From: Oscillospiraceae bacterium
Lineage (GTDB): Bacteria; Bacillota; Clostridia; Monoglobales; WRAG01
Direction of reading: 5' to 3'
Length of the DNA stretch: 64,000 bases
Assembly: GCA_009780345.1 (NCBI GenBank)
Contig: WRAG01000010.1
Location: 251 to 64,250, forward strand
A model generated the notes under the pieces. It saw only the letters and a list, made by a program, of their open reading frames with translations. It was not told where the DNA came from and made no database searches. How positions within the stretch are numbered: position 1 is the stretch's first letter; each line of letters begins with the position of its first letter. Positions 28,507 to 36,400 of this stretch are shown here, piece after piece. Made by a program: the position numbers and the translations under genes.

Positions 28507-29526
28507 ATGAAACTAAAAAGACTTTTAATCGCGACACTATTGCTCGCATTGTGTGTAACGGCTTTCACCGCTTGTACCGGAGATACCCCGCAAGATACCT
28601 CACAAGACGGATCGTATGATTTCACGGTTGGGATACTCTCGGGTGCGAACATCCCTGCTTTTGAACTGGGAACGCCCGGTTTTCGAAACCGCTTGACAGA
28701 GCTTATGGAATCTGCAGGATTAACCGTGCGCTTTGAATATCGAAACGCGGGCGGAGATGCCGCAATGTCTACCACAATTTCGAACACTTTCGCGGCGCAA
28801 AATGTAGATTTGATATTTTCTCTCGGAACAAGCGCGTCGCAACGCGCGTTGCCGGTTGCGACGGCGGCGGGCATACCGTTGGTATTCGGTATAATCACCG
28901 ACCCTGTCGGCGCCGGACTTGTTTCAGACATATCCACCGGCGCGTCAAGCGCGCTGCCTATGGAAACACAAATAGATTTGTTGGAAGAATTGTTGGGAAG
29001 CGAACTTAACGGCGATAATCGCGTCGCTTTCTTGTACACAACCGATGAGGATAACTCGGTTGCGTCTCTTGGGCGTTTGCAAGCAGTTGCGCCGGAAGGA
29101 ACAATCGTACCTTTCGGAATACCGGCGAACGGATTAGGGCAACTTACGCAACTTTTCATCAATATTGCCGCTGATCCGTCAATCCGCGCGATTTATATCC
29201 CGCAAGACAATCAAATTACAGGAAATATGCAAATGGTTCAAAACTTAAACCACAACCAAGACGCTGATCGTCGATTGCCTGTCGTGGTTGCCGATTTGCC
29301 TATCGTGGCGAACGGTGCGCTTGCATCTTTGTCGGTTGACTTCGCGGCAAACGGCGCGGCGGCTGCGGATATCGCGTTTAATATTTTGATGAACGGAACT
29401 TGGCCCGCAACATTCTATTCGCCGACGGCGGCGTCTTTGTCGTTATACATCAATCAGACAGAAGCTGATGCAATTGACTTTATTATCCCCGCCGCATTGG
29501 TTTCAAGGGCGAACAGAACATTTTAA
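28507..29526 (+). CDS. ABC transporter substrate-binding lipoprotein (ABC_sub_bind / COG2984-like)
   Basis: Lipobox VTAFTAC|TG. Pattern VGILSGANIPAFELGTPGFRNRL..DLIFSLGTSASQ..IPLVFGIITDPVGAGLV. Confidence 0.75.
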   Translation: MKLKRLLIATLLLALCVTAFTACTGDTPQDTSQDGSYDFTVGILSGANIPAFELGTPGFRNRLTELMESAGLTVRFEYRNAGGDAAMSTTISNTFAAQNVDLIFSLGTSASQRALPVATAAGIPLVFGIITDPVGAGLVSDISTGASSALPMETQIDLLEELLGSELNGDNRVAFLYTTDEDNSVASLGRLQAVAPEGTIVPFGIPANGLGQLTQLFINIAADPSIRAIYIPQDNQITGNMQMVQNLNHNQDADRRLPVVVADLPIVANGALASLSVDFAANGAAAADIAFNILMNGTWPATFYSPTAASLSLYINQTEADAIDFIIPAALVSRANRTF

Positions 29527-29603
29527 AGTGATTTCATAAAACGATTTTTCAAATGGGGTTGTTGCCTTTGGCGGCAACCCCAAAAAACTACTGAAAAAAG
29601 AGG

Positions 29604-30545
29604 ATGAAAATGGGAATTGACTTTTTTTTAAGAACTTTATACGGAAGTTTAGGACAAGGACTGTTATACGCGCCGGTGGCAATCGGTGTTTTTATGTCTT
29701 TACGCATTATGAAAAAGCCCGACTTGACCATTGAGGGCACTTTCGCTTTCGGCGCCGTAATCGCCATGACTTTGCTGTATCACGGGGCGCATTTTACGAC
29801 GGCGCTCCTCGTTGCGACTGTGGGCGGCGCGGTTGCGGGGCTTGCAACTTCGTTGATTCACACAAAACTGAAAGTAGACGGCATAATTTCCGGCTTACTT
29901 GTTACCATGGCTTTGTTTTCGGTCAATTTATTTATTATGGGAAGCAGCACAATCTCCGCGCCGCTTAGAACTTTTATATTCGCGCCCGTAAATAATTTGT
30001 TAAGCCACGGTTTAGGGGCGTCGAATTTTGAAGCGTTGCAATGGTCGTACATAATTATAGGATTATTCATTCTTATTGTGGTGATTACCGTTTTGCATTT
30101 TCTTTATCAAACGAAATTTGGTTTGTCAATGCGCGCGACGGGCGATAACGAGCGTATGGCTTGCTCTAACGGCGTAAATACCGACAGCCGCAAAATTTCG
30201 TCGCTTGTGATATCAAACGCGATTACCGGGCTTGCGGGCGCGTTGGTTTCTCAGAAACTAAACGGCGCCGAAGTCGGCATAGGGGCGGGAGTTCTTATCA
30301 TCGGGCTCGCTTCGCTTGTTATGGGAGAAATTATAACGCCTAAAAACAGAAGTATGGTGACGCAGCTTATATTCATTGCGCTTGGCTCGCTTATTTATTT
30401 CATCTGCATAACCATGGTGGTCGCTTCTGGGTTGCTTCATTCTAATTGGGAGCGTTTGCTCACCGCTTTGCTTGCATTGCTTGCGCTGTGCATGCCTAAA
30501 CTGCGGCAACTTCTCTTTAAGAAGAAAATTGAGGTGACCAAATGA
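29604..30545 (+). CDS. ABC transporter permease (COG4120-like)
   Basis: About 8-9 TM helices, between the SBP and ATPase genes, with a 4-nt overlap with the ATPase gene. ATG 29610 is an alternative start. Confidence 0.75.
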   Translation: MKMGIDFFLRTLYGSLGQGLLYAPVAIGVFMSLRIMKKPDLTIEGTFAFGAVIAMTLLYHGAHFTTALLVATVGGAVAGLATSLIHTKLKVDGIISGLLVTMALFSVNLFIMGSSTISAPLRTFIFAPVNNLLSHGLGASNFEALQWSYIIIGLFILIVVITVLHFLYQTKFGLSMRATGDNERMACSNGVNTDSRKISSLVISNAITGLAGALVSQKLNGAEVGIGAGVLIIGLASLVMGEIITPKNRSMVTQLIFIALGSLIYFICITMVVASGLLHSNWERLLTALLALLALCMPKLRQLLFKKKIEVTK

Positions 30546-31291
30546 TAGAACTTCAAAATATATCACAAGTTTTTGACAACGGAGTCGAGAGAAACCAGGT
30601 GTTAAAGTGTTTAAACCTAACCATCCCCGAGGGGCAATTTGTTACTGTCATAGGTGGAAACGGCGCAGGCAAAAGTACGCTTTTTAACATTATAAACGGC
30701 AATATACGCCCTACTTCGGGCTCGATATTTTTTGACGGCAAAGATATTCAGAGGAAAAGCCACAGCGCGCGTGCGGCAATGATTGCTCGTGTGTATCAAG
30801 ATCCTAATTTCGGGCTTTGTCCTGATTTGACAATCGCGGAAAACATGGCGTTGGCGAATTCTCGCGGCAAATGGCGCGGACTTCAATGGGCCATCCGCAA
30901 AAAAGATATTGCTTTTTTCAAGGAAAGGCTGGCGGAGTTCGATTTAGGGCTCGAGAAAATGCTTCGCAAAAAAGCATCGCTTTTTTCAGGCGGGCAGAGG
31001 CAGGTCGTGACGCTGCTTATGGCGACGCTGCAAAAACCGAGGTTGCTGCTTCTGGACGAACACACGGCGGCGCTTGACCCGAAGATTGCAAAGCAAGTCA
31101 TGTGTATTACAAAAAAGCTGGTTGATGAGCAAAAAATAACAACCATAATGATTTCGCATAATATGAGCGACGCGATTACATATGGCGACAGGCTTATCAT
31201 GCTTAACCGCGGTGAAATCATTTTGGACGTTTCGGGCGAGGAAAAACAAAACCTTACCCCTGCGGAATTGATAACGATGTTTGAATCATAA
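30542..31291 (+). CDS. ABC transporter ATP-binding protein (COG1101-like)
   Basis: Walker A GGNGAGKST, signature FSGGQRQVVTL, Walker B LLLLDEHTAALD. Confidence 0.85.
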   Translation: MIELQNISQVFDNGVERNQVLKCLNLTIPEGQFVTVIGGNGAGKSTLFNIINGNIRPTSGSIFFDGKDIQRKSHSARAAMIARVYQDPNFGLCPDLTIAENMALANSRGKWRGLQWAIRKKDIAFFKERLAEFDLGLEKMLRKKASLFSGGQRQVVTLLMATLQKPRLLLLDEHTAALDPKIAKQVMCITKKLVDEQKITTIMISHNMSDAITYGDRLIMLNRGEIILDVSGEEKQNLTPAELITMFES

Positions 31292-31312
31292 TAAATTTTA
31301 GTAGTATATATA

Positions 31313-31346
31313 AAAAGTGAACCTCACAAGAGGTTCACTTTTTTTG
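31313..31346. terminator. Bidirectional terminator between convergent operons
   Basis: aaaaagtgaacctc-acaa-gaggttcacttttt. Confidence 0.85.
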
Positions 31347-31369
31347 AGATAGGTTAAGTTTTTTCTATT

Positions 31370-32227
31370 TTAACTTACAAGCGGCTTAAACGCCCTCGCT
31401 TCCCACAGCATAAATCTCGCTTCCGCCCCTTCGAATCTCGCAGGAATAGGTTCATTTTCCACCCACAAGCCATCAAATCCGTTGGGTATTTCAACATCTC
31501 TGATATATACGTCAAGAAGCCGTCCGGTATCATCATATTTCGCGGCAATAAGAAATAAATCCTTGTCGCCTGTTGTATTTATCGTGTTAAACGATACTAT
31601 ATTTTCAACCGATACATTGAAGTTTGTTATACGAAACGGTGTTGCAATAATAACAGAACCGATTTCGCCGTTATCGCCGAGAAGATTGATAGCCAGTCGT
31701 TCTCTATTCGAATTGGCCGGCAATTCCGGATTGCGAACATTCGCGAAACTAATTCGTATTTCGTCAGTTTCTCCTAAAGCCGCTTCTTCCTCTGCCATAA
31801 AAGTATAGGTGATCAAGTTGAAGTTTTGTATCGTCATGTTATTGGTTCGCGCCCAAGCAACGAAAGCATAGGCCGGGCCAACTATCGGAGTTATTTCACC
31901 GGTCGATCGTGTAAATCCCGGAGGTCCTGTAAATATTCCTTGACTCAAAACGGCTGAATAAGCCGGGTCAAATGTTATATGAGTCAACACAAGACCTTCC
32001 GGAACATAAATACGTATCGGCATAGTCATAAATCCCGGATTATTTTCAAAACGAAGAGTTACGTCAAAAGCGTCGCCCCGAAAAACCCGCTCAGGCATGC
32101 CTGTGGCGATTATCCGCGCTTCATTCGTCGCCGTCGCTGTTTTATTATTCACCGAAAGCGGAATAAGAAAAACAAAAATAAGCGCAAGCGACATTATCCG
32201 CATTGACATGCGTATTTTAAAATTCAT
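31370..32227 (-). CDS. Secreted cohesin-like module protein with a C-terminal beta-sandwich tail
   Basis: Signal peptide. GDAFDVTLRFENNPGFMTMPIRIYVPEGLVL is paralogous to the third cohesin-like module of the 1958-aa protein. The tail ends ARFMLWEARAFKPLVS. Confidence 0.7.
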   Translation of the reverse strand: MNFKIRMSMRIMSLALIFVFLIPLSVNNKTATATNEARIIATGMPERVFRGDAFDVTLRFENNPGFMTMPIRIYVPEGLVLTHITFDPAYSAVLSQGIFTGPPGFTRSTGEITPIVGPAYAFVAWARTNNMTIQNFNLITYTFMAEEEAALGETDEIRISFANVRNPELPANSNRERLAINLLGDNGEIGSVIIATPFRITNFNVSVENIVSFNTINTTGDKDLFLIAAKYDDTGRLLDVYIRDVEIPNGFDGLWVENEPIPARFEGAEARFMLWEARAFKPLVS

Positions 32228-32249
32228 TTTGTGAACACATCCTTTTTAA

Positions 32250-33470
32250 TTATCTTTGCGCCAAAAATCTTGTAAATATAGCGGAAACTTCCGCTCTCGT
32301 TGCGGTTGAAAGCGGGTCAAACCTGCCATCGGGCCGTCCTCCGACTAAATCAGCGCCCTGTATCGCGCGAACCGCGTCAACTGCCCAATATGATATTTCA
32401 TCTTGGTCTATAAAGTTAGCAATATATCCCTGCGCAATTTCAATACCCATAATCTCAACATAACGGAACAGCATAACCACCATCTGTTCGCGGGTTATCG
32501 GCAAATCGGGGGCAAAATTATCGCCGCCTACTCCTTGAACAATTCCTGCGCCCGCCGCCCATTCAACCGCACCAAAATACCAAGCGGAATCTACGACATC
32601 AACAAATTTGGGCAAATTGTTAAATACGGAAGTATCAACACCTTCCAAATTCGCCAAAACTTGCGCGAACATGGCGCGAGTCATGCCTACTTGCGGACTA
32701 AACTGATTATACGCAGTACCTTGGAACAACGAATTCTCCCAAACCGTCCTTACATATTCATAATACCACGCCGTTTCGACAACATCGCCAAACGGAAGCG
32801 TCACAGCCTCATACGGCGACTCCGGATATTCCGGTTCGGGGTTAGGGGCCGGAGTTGGACCCGGCGTAGGTGGTGGAGTCGGCCCAGGTCCGGGACGCGG
32901 CGGTGGCGCAGAAATAGTATCATCACCATTATCGTCACCATTACCGTTGCCATTGTCATCATCTCGTAAAATATATACGCTACCTTGCGTTACCGAATAA
33001 CTGAGCTGATTTGAGTTATAATCAACCACCATACCAACCGTAACGTTGATAGTAGCTTCGCCCGCCGGAGCATTGTCCGGCACGCTAAATTCTACATTAA
33101 GTAAAACGCCTGTCGAAGTATCATTTTCTACGCCAATCCATATAACGTTAAAAGGATTTCGACTGTATGTGCTCTCATCAACTCCGACAAACATATGATA
33201 AGTCAACGCCGTTCCGGATGTTACCGAATTCACGCTATCAATTCTCAATCTATACGAGTCGTATCCAACACTTAATCTTAATCCCGCAATTCCCGGGTTG
33301 GCAACCAACATGATAGGAACGATTACGCTTTCGCCCGGAGCCGCCGAAAATTGTTCCACTTCTATTTCCACAGTATCGTTTGCGTAAACCGACGGTATAT
33401 AAAATAACAATAAAGCAACTACGCAAAGAAAGCACAGAGTAATTCTATGAAACCTCTTTAATTTTATCAT
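32250..33470 (-). CDS. SLH-anchored cohesin protein (anchoring-scaffoldin-like)
   Basis: Signal peptide. Cohesin-like VEIEVEQFSAAPGESVIVPIMLVANPGIAGLRLSVGYDSYRLRI. Linker PPPRPGPGPTPPPTPGPTPAPNPEPE. Three SLH repeats (FGDVVETAWY..MTRAM, FVDVVDSAWY..ITREQ, FIDQDEISYW..ATRAE). Confidence 0.8.
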   Translation of the reverse strand: MIKLKRFHRITLCFLCVVALLLFYIPSVYANDTVEIEVEQFSAAPGESVIVPIMLVANPGIAGLRLSVGYDSYRLRIDSVNSVTSGTALTYHMFVGVDESTYSRNPFNVIWIGVENDTSTGVLLNVEFSVPDNAPAGEATINVTVGMVVDYNSNQLSYSVTQGSVYILRDDDNGNGNGDDNGDDTISAPPPRPGPGPTPPPTPGPTPAPNPEPEYPESPYEAVTLPFGDVVETAWYYEYVRTVWENSLFQGTAYNQFSPQVGMTRAMFAQVLANLEGVDTSVFNNLPKFVDVVDSAWYFGAVEWAAGAGIVQGVGGDNFAPDLPITREQMVVMLFRYVEIMGIEIAQGYIANFIDQDEISYWAVDAVRAIQGADLVGGRPDGRFDPLSTATRAEVSAIFTRFLAQR

Positions 33471-33495
33471 GTCTATCTCCTCGTGGGTTTATCAT

Positions 33496-36400
33496 CTATA
33501 ATCTTAATTCATATGGGAATGCCTTCAAGATGATAACGTCAGTAACTATGCCGTCAATCATTTGCATAACAACCCAATCACGAACCGCGATTGCCGGAGC
33601 AGGGAAGTCAGGCCAGGAATCTAGTGATGTTGTTCTCAATCTCGCTCCGGCTGTTAACCATTGTTGATGCGGACGATTGATGTTTCCAAGATCACCGACT
33701 ATCAATTGCATTGAAGCAACTCCTTGACTCATATCAAGCACATAAACATTAGCGCCAGAACGAATGTTGTATCTCATGCTTGCAAAGTTCCAACGTTGAG
33801 CTTCAGTATTATGCCAATTGTGTCCCATGCCATCAGTAAATCTTGGTCCAACGGTTATAAATCCCGCTCCTGTTTGCACAACAGGACCCATAATAATTGA
33901 TTGACCTTCATCGAAATCAGTCCAAACGGAAACCTCGTTAGGTAAAGCTCCTAATTCCAATTCGAAGCTAGTTGCCAAATTTACTAATGTCGGCAATCTA
34001 TGTGTAAAATGAGACGTAGACGTATTATCTACACTAATGTTATCTAATTCAAACAATGCAGAAACTTCATAGATTTCATCTCTCTCATTCACACTATAGC
34101 GGAAAGCAGTACCTCTAAGCATGTTGTCAAAATGATGTGCCGTATTAACTGTTGATAACAAGTTCCTTCTTTCGCCGTTTTGAAAGAATTCTACACTCCT
34201 AACCCTTTCGTCGGAATCATTAATTGTCTGGGCTACAGAATTAAATACCGCCAGATGATATGCCGGGTCGGGCGGCTCAGCGCTACCAAAACCGGGGAAG
34301 ATATCAGCATTGACAGGATCGTGATCGAAAGCAACTATTACTTGAACCACGCCGGTTCTTTCATTTAAGTCAAACAGCTGAACTTGCTCAAGTATACGAG
34401 CGTGAAAAAGGAAATCGTCAACAGTTCTGACTCCTGACCTCGCGCTGTCAATTTCACCAAACTCATTCGTTTGAATATCAAATATAAGCGTATCATTGTT
34501 AACGTTTGCGCTTAGTCTGGGAGTAAGATAGTCAACAGTAGTGACTCTGTCGTTACGAACGTCAAACGCAAACGTTCTGCTAACATAAGCAGGTCCTACA
34601 GAAGAGAATTCTCTGCCGGTCCACCCATTTGATCTCGCAAATTCAACACTGGTGATTTGACCGCTAACATTAACGCTATATCTGATTAGCTTGTTTTCGA
34701 AGAAGCTTAACCCACCCGGTAGCGGAGCAAAATTTCCGGCTGCACCGCCGTCACCTCTGAATGAATCAACCCCAAACGGTGAATTTTCAATATTTACAAC
34801 CGGCGCAAATCTGCGAGTCGATACACTACCGTCTCTATGTAATATTTGAAGCAAGCCTCGTCGACTAAAACCATCATCACCGGTATCGGCCATCATAACA
34901 AACCCGTAATTTATAAGTTCAGCCGGCGCTTTAAAAGCGGCAATATTACCGAATTCGTCAAGAACGAACGTTCCTTCCGAGCCAACCCTCACTCTTGATG
35001 TATCGTAAGCTCCAACCGCAACATAGTACTCTGTTCCGTCAATCCAGAAAGTCGGACCGGGAAGAAGATTTCCTTGAGAGTCAACCCATTCAGACGGCTC
35101 CCACGAACGAGGTGAAGCAGACGTTATCGCAACTCTACCTTCAATAGTGTTCGTCAAAACACGAATATTGTATAAGAAATCGTCAACAATGTTAACCATG
35201 TTAACTTCTACAGCCAATACGTCACCCTCGTTAATATCTCCAAGTCCGATTCGGCGACCGTTTCGTGTAATCCTGTAAGAAACGTCTAAACGGCTCGTGT
35301 CAAGCTCGATGACAGATGGCAAAAGCCTAGAATTCACAGGATTTCTTGCAATAAGAACTCTAGCGTTTGTGTCAACTTCATCAACAACGAAAATTTGAGG
35401 AGAATTTACAATTATTAAATCATTCCATCCTGTTCCGTTAGTGTCAATAACAGTTATGGTTCCGTTTGATAGCGAATTGCCTAAGATTGTGCTTTGACCG
35501 TGTGTGAATATCTCATCATCCCATACAGTTCTGCCATTATATATAACGGTATAGTTATCGGCAAGGCTTAGCGTGGTAGAAACCCTTGAGCCGGCATTTC
35601 TAAAATACCTAATTCTATCATTTCCGCTCCAATCAAATTCAAACCTATCAAAATCAGCGATATTAAATCTAGTCGATACATTTCTGTTCGTTTCCGGAAC
35701 TATTGAAACGATTACGTCATCAATTTGCCCGTATTCTTCCACGATATAGAAAACCACACGTTGACCGATAAAATTAGCGGCGTTAGTGTTTCCAACACGG
35801 AACGCCACATTATTAAGCGTGAACGGATAAATCGTAGGCATGGCATATCTCGGGTTATCTGTTCCAAAGTTGTTGTAAATATTTAACCTAACCGTCTCAG
35901 GCGCCGTAGATTGGTTATTAATAATTTCAGGTCCAAAAAGATTAGTATATCTGTTAGCAACCACTCTCCCACTAAGTCTGATAGCATTGTCCGGAATAAT
36001 AATAGTGTCGGGAAAATCACTATAATTCATTTCAGCCTTAGTTATGTCATGTCCGACCAGGTATCTTTTAAGCCTAACCGCGTCGTCAAGGTCAGGTCTG
36101 CCCCTTAAGATAGATGCTTCGGTTACCATTGCGGCATTATGATTTATTTCTACGTCATGATCGGCAAGGTATTTCGCAAGCCATGAAACATCAAGAAGAT
36201 CAATGGTTCCATCACCGTCTATATCACCCGGAATAAAGTCGCGCAACAATATTCGTCCGTTAGTAATAGGAATATTCAATTCTTCCCCATCAGCATTTCG
36301 CGGAATACTGTTATAATCTCTAATCGCGAAGCTTGCTTCAACCGGATAAACGTTAAATACAGCCTCAGAATCAGTAGCAAAAGTTAGCCTAAGCAATACA

